Below are positions 9,350 through 18,502 of a stretch of 64,000 nt of DNA, in pieces. This DNA comes from Polyangiales bacterium (GTDB taxonomy: Bacteria > Myxococcota_A > Polyangia > Polyangiales > Polyangiaceae). The notes under the pieces were generated by a model, which worked only from the letters and a program-made list of their open reading frames with translations, was not told where the DNA came from and ran no database searches. Each line of letters begins with the position of its first letter. Position 1 is the first letter of the stretch. The stretch lies in NCBI GenBank assembly GCA_038231275.1, contig JBBRLQ010000002.1, positions 1 to 64,000 on the forward strand. The letters are read 5' to 3'. Made by a program: the position numbers and the translations under genes.

Positions 9350-10441
9350 ATGACCGAGACGAACCTTGCGGTCCGGACCGACCGCGATCCCTACGCGTAC
9401 CCTGATGCCGCCCACCTCGACGAGGCGCGCCGCGCACAGCAAGCGAATGCACCCGCGATCGCCCTCGTGCCCGGGCGGCCCGAGAAGGACGCAACGGCGC
9501 ATCTCGCAGACGTGCCGTCGATTCAATTGAGCGACGCGACGTTCACGAACCCGGCACTCGTCCGGAGCGCGACGCCTGGCGTAACGCCTGCCGACGCGTG
9601 TGCGACTGCGCAGCCCACGAGGATCGTCGTCGGGCCAAAACGACGAGGCGAGGAGATCCCAACCGGAGTCGACGTCTCGTGCACGAAGAAGGGCGGCTTC
9701 TGCCTGACGAAAGAGGAGGCCGCGCAGCTCGAGGGCGCTCGCCAAGCCGCGTGCATGGCGACGGGGATTGATCCGTTACGATTCCAGGCCGTTCCCCCGC
9801 TGGGGCCTGCGATCGATCGCGATCGCGCGGGCGAGGGAGCGGAGCACCATGCAGCTGCGCTTCGCAATCTCGAGCTCGTGGCGCACAATGCGTTCGCGGC
9901 CGCCGCATACAGCGGCGCGCGAGTTGGCGGCGTGGACGAGCGGACGGCGCAGAACGTCGGGCAACTGGCGGGTGTCGCGGGGGACGTCGTGCTGACGGCC
10001 GGTGTCGTCTACGCCGGTGGCCGCGCGGCAAGGGCGCCAGCGATCGCGAAGCCGGACCTTCGGCCGCTCAGCCAAGCCGAGACCGCGACCGGCCGCCAGT
10101 TCCTCGCGGCCAACGGCACGCCTCCCCATCTCGTCGACAAGACGCTCGAGGGATTCGCGTCAGGTGTGCACGTGGAGACTCTGCATGAGGACGTCCACGT
10201 CTTTCGGTACTACGGCGGTGACGCCAATCCCCGCGGCCGTTGGGTGACCGAACAGCCTGCCACGCGTCCCGTCGCCGAGCTCGCGCTCGACCGCGAGCAG
10301 AACCCCGCGACGACGCTCGCCGAGTGGGTTATCCCGAAGGGCACGACGGTCTTGCGCGGCCCCGTCGGCCAGCTTAACAACCAGCCCGGCGGATCCTCGC
10401 AGATCTTCATTCCCGACCCCCGCGTGCTGAGGGAGCCATGA
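9350..10441 (+). CDS. Putative polymorphic toxin with C-terminal ART-fold/NAD-glycohydrolase-like domain
   Basis: C-terminus VFRYYGG..GRWVT..LAL..N..IPKGT..GPVG..QPGGSSQIFIP resembles TNT/Tse6(Ntox46)-like domains; ATGA overlap with a small helical gene. Confidence 0.65.
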   Translation: MTETNLAVRTDRDPYAYPDAAHLDEARRAQQANAPAIALVPGRPEKDATAHLADVPSIQLSDATFTNPALVRSATPGVTPADACATAQPTRIVVGPKRRGEEIPTGVDVSCTKKGGFCLTKEEAAQLEGARQAACMATGIDPLRFQAVPPLGPAIDRDRAGEGAEHHAAALRNLELVAHNAFAAAAYSGARVGGVDERTAQNVGQLAGVAGDVVLTAGVVYAGGRAARAPAIAKPDLRPLSQAETATGRQFLAANGTPPHLVDKTLEGFASGVHVETLHEDVHVFRYYGGDANPRGRWVTEQPATRPVAELALDREQNPATTLAEWVIPKGTTVLRGPVGQLNNQPGGSSQIFIPDPRVLREP

Positions 10442-10728
10442 CCGACAACGCTGCGTTTCTTTCCGAGTTGGCCCGCGTTCGCGCGCTCGTCGAGGCGCGG
10501 CTCGATGCCGTGCGACGGCGCGAGGCCGTCTACGGTACGGAGACCGAGCTGCAGATGTTCCTCCGCGACCTCGCGCATGTGGACCGCGAGGCACGCGCCG
10601 GCGCATTCGACATGAGCGGCGATCAGCGGACGCTCTCGAGCGCGAACCAAGTGCTCGATTCGTGGCCGTTCGAGGATCCGCTCGGGCTCGAGCTGGTTGG
10701 CCTGGAGCGTGCGTACCGCAAGCTCTAG
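10438..10728 (+). CDS. Putative immunity protein, copy 1
   Basis: 96 aa, helical pattern, coupled to the toxin stop; VLDSWPFEDPLG motif. Confidence 0.7.
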   Translation: MTDNAAFLSELARVRALVEARLDAVRRREAVYGTETELQMFLRDLAHVDREARAGAFDMSGDQRTLSSANQVLDSWPFEDPLGLELVGLERAYRKL

Positions 10729-10823
10729 GTCCCGCGGCAGATCGGGCACGGGCTACACCCATCAGAAAAGTGAACGCGAACCACCCGGGCTTTCTTGGCC
10801 GGTCCGAGCGTCATGAGGGAGCG

Positions 10824-11108
10824 ATGCGCGAAGACTTCTTGAAGCAGCTCGAGATCACCCGAAAGCTCACCGAAGAGCGGATTGAGGCCGTCCGGCGCGG
10901 CGAGGCGGTGCAAGGCAACGAAGGTGAGCTACGCATGTTCCTCGAAGACTTCGCGAGAGCTGAGGCGGAGGTGCGCACGGCAAGGTTCGAGATGACCGCC
11001 GATCAGCGCTCCCTCGTGAGCGCACGACGCGTGCTCGACACGTGGCCGTTTCACGATCCGCTCGCGAGCGCGATCATGGACCTCGAGAACATCTACACGA
11101 GGCTGTGA
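10824..11108 (+). CDS. Putative immunity protein, copy 2 (paralog of 10438-10728)
   Basis: Start MREDFLKQ with RBS GAGGGAG; aligns with copy 1 (AVRRxEAVxG, ELxMFLxD, DQR, VLDxWPFxDPL, LExxYxxL). Confidence 0.75.
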   Translation: MREDFLKQLEITRKLTEERIEAVRRGEAVQGNEGELRMFLEDFARAEAEVRTARFEMTADQRSLVSARRVLDTWPFHDPLASAIMDLENIYTRL

Positions 11109-11136
11109 CACGCGTGCCGGGGCAGCAGCGCGCTCC

Positions 11137-12252
11137 TCAGACACCGCCATCACTGCTATCCATTCCATCCACACGGAGGAAGCGCAGCGGTGCGGGGAGC
11201 GCGCCAAGAGTCAGCTCGACCGCGAGGCGACTCGCTTCCAAGCGCTGCTCGCTTTCGATTTGACTGCTGGTGACCGAGATGCTGACCCGCCCGCCCGAAA
11301 TTTTCGCCTTCACGACGGGAGCGCTATCGACCACGCCGTCGACGACGATCGCCAATCGGCGTTGGAGGTTCGTGGCCGTGAGCTCCTCGAAGCGCTGCGC
11401 CCCCTGCGGCGACAGGGTGACGGCGACGTAGTAGCTCTGATTCGGTTGGTTCGTGTCTTGCGCGACTTCGGCGTCTTGGAGGTCTTTGCTCGTCAGGCCC
11501 GGCGGGCGTGCGACGTAGAAAGTTCGCCAGCCCCGATCGATACGGGTCGTCGACGGCGACGGACTGGCCTCGCGCACGGGCTGAAGCAGGATCTGGCGGT
11601 CTTGCGGAACGGAAAAGGTCTGGAGCCAACGAAGCAACCGCTGACGGCATTCTTCCATCGACTCTCCGCGATGCTGCTCGGGAGCAAGCGCGGCATACGC
11701 GTATGTTGATTGCACGAGCTTCGTCTGGCCGTCGGGTCCCGGCCCATCGGGCACGTCCTCGTGGGAAAGTGCGATGCCCTCGTCGGCCGGAGGCGGAAGG
11801 GACCCCGTCGCGCCGCCGAAGAGCTCCGGGGTGTCGATGACGCGGTCAACTTCGACACGACCACTCCGTTGGATGATCGATTCGACGTCGCGAAGCGCAG
11901 CAGCGTCGAGGCGCGGCAGCCCCACCACGACTTCGCGACCGCGGACCCCGACCGTCACGTTGCGGCCGAAGAACGGACGAAGACGCGTCTCGAGCGCCAG
12001 CCGGGTGGCTTCTAACACCGATGCCGGCTCGCTCGGTGCGGCGTCATACGCGGCGGTCACGTCGACCTCGTACGCGAGCCAGACCTTTGGCTCTTTGCGC
12101 AGCGGGGACAAGAGTTTCTGAAAGTCGAACGGCAGCTGGAAGACCACCCACCAGCCCGCGAGCAGTGCGGCAACGACCATCAGAATCTTGGGGACGCAGC
12201 CTCGGCTCCGGCGCCTGCGCTCGTCGAAATCGGCGGTGGGTTCCGACGGCAC
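11137..12252 (-). CDS. SecD periplasmic (P1 head) domain protein lacking the C-terminal TM bundle
   Basis: GAQRFEELTATNLQRRLAIVVDGVVDSAPVV...GG...EASRLAVELTLGALPAPL is the SecD P1 signature; one N-terminal TM, then a stop where SecD TM2-6 would begin. Confidence 0.8.
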   Translation of the reverse strand: MPSEPTADFDERRRRSRGCVPKILMVVAALLAGWWVVFQLPFDFQKLLSPLRKEPKVWLAYEVDVTAAYDAAPSEPASVLEATRLALETRLRPFFGRNVTVGVRGREVVVGLPRLDAAALRDVESIIQRSGRVEVDRVIDTPELFGGATGSLPPPADEGIALSHEDVPDGPGPDGQTKLVQSTYAYAALAPEQHRGESMEECRQRLLRWLQTFSVPQDRQILLQPVREASPSPSTTRIDRGWRTFYVARPPGLTSKDLQDAEVAQDTNQPNQSYYVAVTLSPQGAQRFEELTATNLQRRLAIVVDGVVDSAPVVKAKISGGRVSISVTSSQIESEQRLEASRLAVELTLGALPAPLRFLRVDGMDSSDGGV

Positions 12253-12374
12253 CCGGCGAGCCTAGCGCGTTGCGCGCGCTCCGCGACAGCGCGCACGTTC
12301 GACCCGGCCTGCACACCGACCGAAAAGTTTCACTTCAGGGCCTGGTGGCGACGGTTGATCCGTGCACCTTGGTT

Positions 12375-12570
12375 GGACGCGAGCGGTCGCTGATGTCGCC
12401 AGCGCAGCCCCCTTCGCCGTCGCGGTGCGAATCGGGCTCGAGAGGACCGATCGTCGCGCCGTCACGCGTACCGCTGATCCGAAGCGATGGATGAGGCCAT
12501 CGTCTTGTGGTCGAGGTGGGGCCGTGCGTCGTTCCCGCTGCGCAACGAGAAAGCCGGTGGTTGACCGCTT
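12375..12570 (+). repeat. Mosaic of two diverged gene fragments: copy of kinase segment 8456-8571 (12375-12482) joined to an inverted copy of 13425-13503 (12492-12570)
   Basis: Manual alignment: RIGLERTD--RRAVTRTADP vs kinase RIGLERTDVDRRAVTRTADP; EAIVLWSRWGRASFPLRNEK vs EAIVLWSGWGSASFPLRNEK. Confidence 0.85.
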
Positions 12571-12692
12571 CACCACCTCGGCGAAAGTTGCTGCGTTCGA
12601 GCGGCGCGGCAAGGAGGTCGGCGTCCAAGCTTCGTGAATTGGATCATCAGTACCTGGGCGGGGGGCGCAGCGCGTTGCGCAGTATCCGACTG

Positions 12693-13157
12693 TTACACCA
12701 TCAGGCGGCGCCCCTCACTCATGAGGTCCTCGAGCGTCGGCACCATCGGAACACCGTAGCGGTTGCATGTGATCTCGACATTCCCTTTGCGCCAGAAGCC
12801 CTCCGCACAGCACACGACCACCTTTCCCGTGCGCGCGAACAGGCCGAGCTCCAGTAGCGAGATCGGAGCCTTCGTCGTCGGCGAGAAGTACATCACGATC
12901 GCGGTCGCCATCTCCTGCGCGGCGAGCTCCCACTCGACCTATTCGCGGAGGTTCGCATCCTCGATCGATTGGCGCCACGTAGGCTCCCAGGCATCTCGCC
13001 GTGGATTCAGCACCACCCCGGGCACGTCCGCGAGCGCTTCTTCGAATCGGCGTTGCCAGTCGTCCGCGGCTCCCATGTCGATCGAGCCCGCGAGGAAGAC
13101 GCTCGGGAGCGCGCGGTCGAACACAAGCGGCGCGGGTGGCCTAAGGACGATCTCCAT
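12693..13157 (-). pseudogene. Nucleoside 2-deoxyribosyltransferase-like protein interrupted by an in-frame TAG at 12939-12941
   Basis: VFLAGSIDMG, VLNPRR, E*VEWEL, APISLLELG, GFWRKGNV are all in one frame; the family usually reads EQVEWEL (CAG>TAG). Confidence 0.85.
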
Positions 13158-13190
13158 ACCCTACCTTTGCATGCCGAACATGGGCCGTCA

Positions 13191-13532
13191 TTAGCTCGAG
13201 CCGGCGCGCCGCAATCGGAATTGGTACCTGTTGTCGAACGTGTAGCACCACGCGAGAGCGCGCACCGCGTCAGTGGGAAGCGACGGACGCTTCTTCACGA
13301 ACTGTCCCATCGACGACGCTTCCATCTCCTTCAAATCTGCCGCCGTGTAGCGAGCGTCCGACGCGTAGAACTCCTCGACCATGAGACGCAGCATCGGCAT
13401 GAGCTCGGCGGCTTGGTGTTCGCCAAATCGGTCAACGACCGGCTTCTCGTTGCGGAGTGGAAACGACGCACTGCCCCACCCCGACCACAAGACGATGGCT
13501 TCACCGAGTCGGTCCCAGTCGTCGGTCGTCAT
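13191..13532 (-). CDS. Orphan putative immunity protein
   Basis: 113-aa ORF at the end of the co-oriented Rhs/immunity array; no recognisable enzyme motif. Confidence 0.55.
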   Translation of the reverse strand: MTTDDWDRLGEAIVLWSGWGSASFPLRNEKPVVDRFGEHQAAELMPMLRLMVEEFYASDARYTAADLKEMEASSMGQFVKKRPSLPTDAVRALAWCYTFDNRYQFRLRRAGSS

Positions 13533-13578
13533 CGCGACCGTAGCAGGCCACGGCTCCTTTCTTTGGATTCACCGAGGT

Positions 13579-13899
13579 TCATGGCCGTTGCTCCTCGGCG
13601 AATGCGCGAATCGCGTGCAACGTCGTGGCCCATTCAGAGATCGGCTCGCCCTCCTCCGACATGCCCTGCCTCGGACGGACTGCGCGCTCCGCGTGCACCG
13701 AGGTAACGAACGCCGCCTTCGCGGCAATCGTGATGAGCGACGCCGCGGCGAGCCACTGACGTTGGCATTCTTCCTCCGTCCAGACGCGGTCCGATGAAAA
13801 ACGTTCTCGGAACTCGCCGATGCATATCTCGCCGCAGCGGCTCCCGGGTGCCGTCGAGCTGATGTCCTGATCGACGAACCGAATGGCGAAGTAGTCCAT
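13579..13899 (-). pseudogene. CdiI-like immunity protein (Enterobacter cloacae CdiI-type), apparently internally deleted
   Basis: GEICIGEFRERF..W...QW and EEGEPISEWATTLHAIRAF recall CdiI-ECL (DGMKISEWHTDL); the middle part seems missing; TGATG overlap with the upstream toxin remnant. Confidence 0.6.
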
Positions 13900-13995
13900 C
13901 ACTTCCCGATCTTCCTGAGGTCCACGTCGAAGGTGCCAAGGCGATTTCCACATCCGTCGAACATCTTCCGCGTGCCACCACTGGGGGCGTCGACG
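13899..13995 (-). pseudogene. C-terminal remnant of an Ntox21-like RNase toxin
   Basis: Manual translation VDAPSGGTRKMFDGCGNRLGTFDVDLRKIGK* resembles the Ntox21 end (DxHxGGxWK...RxGTYDxxLxRIG); His and Trp positions appear mutated. Confidence 0.6.
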
Positions 13996-14040
13996 CGAGG
14001 GGGACACTGGAAGCACGCCGTCGAAGACGAGCGACGTCGC

Positions 14041-14436
14041 TCACTGCGCGAGCGAGCCGCCGCTGTAGCCCCGATCGACCCGGTCCTTCATTCTACGATA
14101 CCGATCAAGAGCATCACCGCGCCGCTCTTGCACGTCGTCGCAGAAGAACTCGTCGTCGAGCTCGAGCGGCTGCAAGGCGATGCCACCGTCTCGTGCTCGC
14201 ACATTCCAACAGGATGGAACGCGCCCATCGATGATGTCGAAAAGCGCCAATGGTGCCGAGACCGGCATCTCGCGCTCATGGTGTTCGAAGGTCGCGTACC
14301 AAGTGCCCTCGGACTGTGCCAGTGCGAGTACAACATATTCGGCTCCGACTGCGACGGGCCATCGGCCAGGAAGCGTCGCCAAGCGAGGCGACGTGAACTG
14401 CGGGGGAAGGTCAACAAGAACACAGCGAATCCTCAT
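14041..14436 (-). CDS. Cognate immunity protein of the Rhs toxin
   Basis: ATG 1 bp after the Rhs stop, RBS GGAGG inside the Rhs end; 131 aa; APLALFDIIDGRVPSCW motif. Confidence 0.75.
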   Translation of the reverse strand: MRIRCVLVDLPPQFTSPRLATLPGRWPVAVGAEYVVLALAQSEGTWYATFEHHEREMPVSAPLALFDIIDGRVPSCWNVRARDGGIALQPLELDDEFFCDDVQERRGDALDRYRRMKDRVDRGYSGGSLAQ

Positions 14437-14437
14437 G

Positions 14438-17400
14438 TTATCGCCTCCCAAATATGTCGATGACGACCTTCGGCTCGACCTTTTCACCCGTGACGAGGTT
14501 CTCGACCCAGTGGGTGGCGAACGTCGTGCCGTCGGCGGCCTTGAAGCCGGTGCTGCTCATCTTTGCCCAGTCGGCGGCAGAGCCACCGTACGTTTGCGCG
14601 ATCCGGTCCGCGTCGCGGAACGGGGCGCGAGCGCCCGCTCCCGCGATGCGCTCACCGGATCCAGCGTCCAGCTCGCCCAGCTGCGCGTCACTGGCAAGCT
14701 GCTTGGAGAGTGCCGTCGCCGATTGCGGCGATGAAGCTTCGTCTCGCGCTGCGCTCGGGTCGTCGTTGCACGTCAGGCCGAGAACGTCGGTCTGAATCAG
14801 GGGGTCGGGGACGTACCCAAACAGTCGCACGCCACCGACCAGCCGGAGGGGATCCTGGGAAATGTACGCGCCGCTCTCTGCGTCGTAGTACCTGAAGCGA
14901 TTGTAGTAGAGCCCCGTCTCCTCATCCTCGTACTGCCCCGGCCAGCGCCACGGGCAGTCCTCGGCCGCTCCGGTCTCGACGTGCGCAACGCCGTAGACGT
15001 CGAGCTGCGCTTTCCACGCGACCTTGCCCGCTTCGTCGACCATCTCCCGCGGCGTCCCGAGGTAGTCGCTGACGATGCTGTACGCCTTCGTCGCCCCGCC
15101 CCGGCGTACCACCTTGGCCATTGGCGCGAAGCTCTCTGGCTCGAACAACCACGTCGTGAGCTCGTCGCCGCCGCCAGGACCGCCTCCGTCGGCCCATTCA
15201 TGCACCGGCACGTTCCCGTTCCAGAGCCATCGCGTCGTCCGAGCGCCCGCATGCTTCGCGACCCGGCGGCCGAGCGCGTCGTACTCGAAGCGAACGTCGC
15301 GTCCGTCCGCCGTCGTGACTTGGAGCAGTCGGCCCGCCGCGCTCCACGCGTAGCGCCACGCGCGCCCATCCGCGAGGCGCTTCTCCACGACGCTTCCGTT
15401 CGCGTCGTACGTGTACACCGTGCCCGCGTCCTCGAGCAGGACGCCGCCCTTGCCGTAGCGACGGTCCGTCCGTTCCGCCGTCTTGAACAAATTCCCCGTC
15501 GCGCTCGGCGCGCGCCACGTCGTACGACCATCGACCTTCGAACGCGAACCTGCCAGGCGCCCCCACGCGTCATGTAGGTAGTCCTCGCCGTCGCCCCCGA
15601 TGACATCGCTCTTGGACTGAAGCGTGTCGAGCCCGCTCCAGCCGTACTGCGTCTCCGCAAGGACATCCCCCTGCCGACGCAATACCAGACCGCGAGGGCG
15701 CCCGGCCTCATCCCACGAGGTGCGCGTCTCGACGCCTCCTGGCAGCTGGCGCCGGGTCTCCGCTCCAACCGCGTCGCGGTCGAAATGCGCATTCCAGCCC
15801 GAACGAAGCGCGACCGAGGTCACCGCGCCCATGACGTCGCGTCGAATGGTCTCGTTCGCACCCATCGACGTGCTTAGCTGCACACCGCGACCAAGTGAAT
15901 CGCGCTCCGTTTCGATCCACGCGTCGCCGAACGCCTCGCGGACGATGCGCCCGCGGGCGTCGCGCGTGAGGGCGACGGTCCCCGTCGCGTTCGTCGCCGA
16001 AACGAGGCGGCCGAGGAGGTCGTACTTGAACGACTCTTCGGTGCCGTCCGCGCACTTCACGCGCGTGACGTTCGACACGGCATCAAGCTCGACCTCCTGC
16101 CCGCCCTTGTCGGGCGCGAACTCCCGAATCACACGCCCCAGTCGGTCGCGCACGAACGTGCGGCGGCGCCCTTCGTACGTCGTCTCCTCGACCACGCGCC
16201 CGCACGCGTCTCGAACGAATTGGTAACGCTCGCCGGCTTCGTTATCGAGATGCACGAGCTCCCCTTCGGCGTCCCGCCCGAGGGCAATGCGCTCCCCCGC
16301 CTCTAGGCAGTGGGCGATCCGGTGGTAGTGCGAGTAACCGAACTCGCGGCGGCGTCCGGAACGGACCTCCTCGATCACATCGCCTTCACCGGAGTGGCGA
16401 AACGCCTGCGGGATCCCTCCCGCGTGCTCGAGGTGAACCAGACGCCCCTCCAAGTCGTATTGCGCGCGGCGCACGCGCCCGGCCGCGTCGCGAACTTTGA
16501 TCACGCGCCCCTGGCGGTCGCACTTGCGCTGCTCCTCGGTGCCATCAGGGAATACCGTGCGTGCGATCTGCCCGTACTCGTCGCGCTCGAAGCGTGTCTT
16601 CGCACCGTCCGAGCGCGTGATCTGCGACGGGAAGCCGCGGTCGTACTCCACATGCAGCGACTCGCCGGCGGAGCTCTTGTACGTGATGAGACGGGAGGTC
16701 GTGTCGTAGTCGAACTGCGAGACGAGCCCGAGAGGGTCCGTCGTGCGGACCGGCAGGTCTTCGTCGCTGTACTCGGTCTTCCACGCCGCACCATTCGGCA
16801 GCTTGCGCGCGATCTGGTTGCCGCGCGCGTCGTAGCGAAACTCGGTCCGGTGTCCTTCAGCGTTCGTTTCGGAGAGGAGCCACAAATTCTCGTCGAACTC
16901 GCGAACAGTCGGCGCGCCGTGCGGATCCACGGTCTTGATGACCATGTTGGCGACGTTCATCTCGTAGACGGTCGTCTGCTTGCGCGAGTCCTCGACGAAC
17001 GTGCGGCGATTCGCCAGGTCGTACGTGATCGTCCGGAAGTAGAGGTCGGCGCACCCCTTCTTGTCGTCACCCCAGGTGCGGACGCAGCGCGCCTTGGAGT
17101 CCCTGCCGTCGTACTGAAAGTAGAAGACGACGCCGTCGCGATCGGTCTCGGCCACAAGCAGGTGCGCGTCGTACTCGTACGTTCGCGCGCGGCCCGCCGA
17201 GTCGCTCGCCGCAACGAGATCGCCTTCGGGCGAGTACTTGAACGAAACCTTGTCGTACCAGCCCGCGTCGTTGCCGCCGGACGGCGACGGAACGATGAGG
17301 CGTCGCAACTTGCCGCGGGCGTCGTGCTCGAGACGAATCCAGCGCCCCTCGCTGGTCCGAACGGACTCGAGGTGACCCGCAGCGCCGTACTCGAACGACA

Positions 17401-18502
17401 CAAACTGCTTGGACCGATTGCCAATGCGCGTGAGACGCGAAACCTCGGAGGTGCTGCCAGGAAGACGCTCGAACTCGCGCGTGAGGCCGTCCGCCGAGCG
17501 GATCGTGTAGCGCCCGCCGCCGAGGCAACGGAGCCAGAGGCGATCGATCGGGTAGAACAGCTCCTGCCCTTCGCGCATCGCGCGCCCGGGCAGCTTGTGC
17601 GTGTGGAACTCGAGCTCCCGCCCGTCTCCCGCCTTGTAAACGACGCGACCGCGCTCGACCCAGACTCGCTCGTCGAACGTGTGGCTCCAACCGTGGCCGA
17701 GCGACGAATCGCGCTCCGCCCAGCCGGTCGAGTAGAAGCGCTCGAACGCGAGGGGGATCGGGCCACGAAGGACGTAGTCCTCCGACCTCGTTAGAAGGCG
17801 CCCCGTCGCGACGTCGACGGGATGTCCGGTGAGGACACACGCGGCCCAGCCGAGAAGATCCTGTAGGCGGCCCGGTGCGAGGAGCGAGACCAGTTGTTGG
17901 AGGAGGCCGGCCGTCCATTTATTGCGAAGAAAGAACGCCTTCGCGGCCGCCATGTAGTCGATCGCCGGCGGTCCGCCGACGAGCACGGGCAGGCCCTTGG
18001 GGACCGCAATCAACGTCGACAGTGGGAGGCGCACTGGATCACCGCAGCTCATCGCCAGCGAGCCGAGTCGACATGCGTTCGAGCGCTCGAAGAGGACGGT
18101 CTTCGAGCCGGTGATGAACACGGCATCGCCCGGCGGTGCCGCAGGGGGATCCGGCGCCGCAGGTGGCGGGCTGACCTTGAGCTTGAGGGGTTTCGGCAGC
18201 GGCGTCCATGCCACCCCGGGCGGCATCACGATGTGCGGGAGCGTCTTCGTGTTCTTCGACTCGTCGCCGGTCTTCGTCGCATGGAGCGAATTGACCAGGA
18301 CAGGTCCCGTGGGCGGCGTGCTGAAGGCCCAGGAGAGCACGGCTGACACGCCGATTGAGATCAGGAGTCCGCCCGGCGTGAACTCGATCATCCCGACGTA
18401 TGGCATGGGAAACGGCGTCGGCGTGGGTACGCCCACGATCGGAACCATCTCCATGTGGATGTCGAGGCCGACGACCACGTCGAGCTGCGAGCTGGCGAAC
18501 AT
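14438..18502 (-). CDS. rhs: PAAR-like + DUF6531 + Rhs-repeat polymorphic toxin
   Basis: True start likely MFASSQLD (TGATG overlap with the upstream gene); GHPVDVATG (DUF6531), YD repeats, RWPGQYEDEETGLYYNRFRYYD...DP core, DVLGL cleavage-site variant, then an ~110-aa toxin tip. Confidence 0.95.
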   Translation of the reverse strand: MFASSQLDVVVGLDIHMEMVPIVGVPTPTPFPMPYVGMIEFTPGGLLISIGVSAVLSWAFSTPPTGPVLVNSLHATKTGDESKNTKTLPHIVMPPGVAWTPLPKPLKLKVSPPPAAPDPPAAPPGDAVFITGSKTVLFERSNACRLGSLAMSCGDPVRLPLSTLIAVPKGLPVLVGGPPAIDYMAAAKAFFLRNKWTAGLLQQLVSLLAPGRLQDLLGWAACVLTGHPVDVATGRLLTRSEDYVLRGPIPLAFERFYSTGWAERDSSLGHGWSHTFDERVWVERGRVVYKAGDGRELEFHTHKLPGRAMREGQELFYPIDRLWLRCLGGGRYTIRSADGLTREFERLPGSTSEVSRLTRIGNRSKQFVSFEYGAAGHLESVRTSEGRWIRLEHDARGKLRRLIVPSPSGGNDAGWYDKVSFKYSPEGDLVAASDSAGRARTYEYDAHLLVAETDRDGVVFYFQYDGRDSKARCVRTWGDDKKGCADLYFRTITYDLANRRTFVEDSRKQTTVYEMNVANMVIKTVDPHGAPTVREFDENLWLLSETNAEGHRTEFRYDARGNQIARKLPNGAAWKTEYSDEDLPVRTTDPLGLVSQFDYDTTSRLITYKSSAGESLHVEYDRGFPSQITRSDGAKTRFERDEYGQIARTVFPDGTEEQRKCDRQGRVIKVRDAAGRVRRAQYDLEGRLVHLEHAGGIPQAFRHSGEGDVIEEVRSGRRREFGYSHYHRIAHCLEAGERIALGRDAEGELVHLDNEAGERYQFVRDACGRVVEETTYEGRRRTFVRDRLGRVIREFAPDKGGQEVELDAVSNVTRVKCADGTEESFKYDLLGRLVSATNATGTVALTRDARGRIVREAFGDAWIETERDSLGRGVQLSTSMGANETIRRDVMGAVTSVALRSGWNAHFDRDAVGAETRRQLPGGVETRTSWDEAGRPRGLVLRRQGDVLAETQYGWSGLDTLQSKSDVIGGDGEDYLHDAWGRLAGSRSKVDGRTTWRAPSATGNLFKTAERTDRRYGKGGVLLEDAGTVYTYDANGSVVEKRLADGRAWRYAWSAAGRLLQVTTADGRDVRFEYDALGRRVAKHAGARTTRWLWNGNVPVHEWADGGGPGGGDELTTWLFEPESFAPMAKVVRRGGATKAYSIVSDYLGTPREMVDEAGKVAWKAQLDVYGVAHVETGAAEDCPWRWPGQYEDEETGLYYNRFRYYDAESGAYISQDPLRLVGGVRLFGYVPDPLIQTDVLGLTCNDDPSAARDEASSPQSATALSKQLASDAQLGELDAGSGERIAGAGARAPFRDADRIAQTYGGSAADWAKMSSTGFKAADGTTFATHWVENLVTGEKVEPKVVIDIFGRR

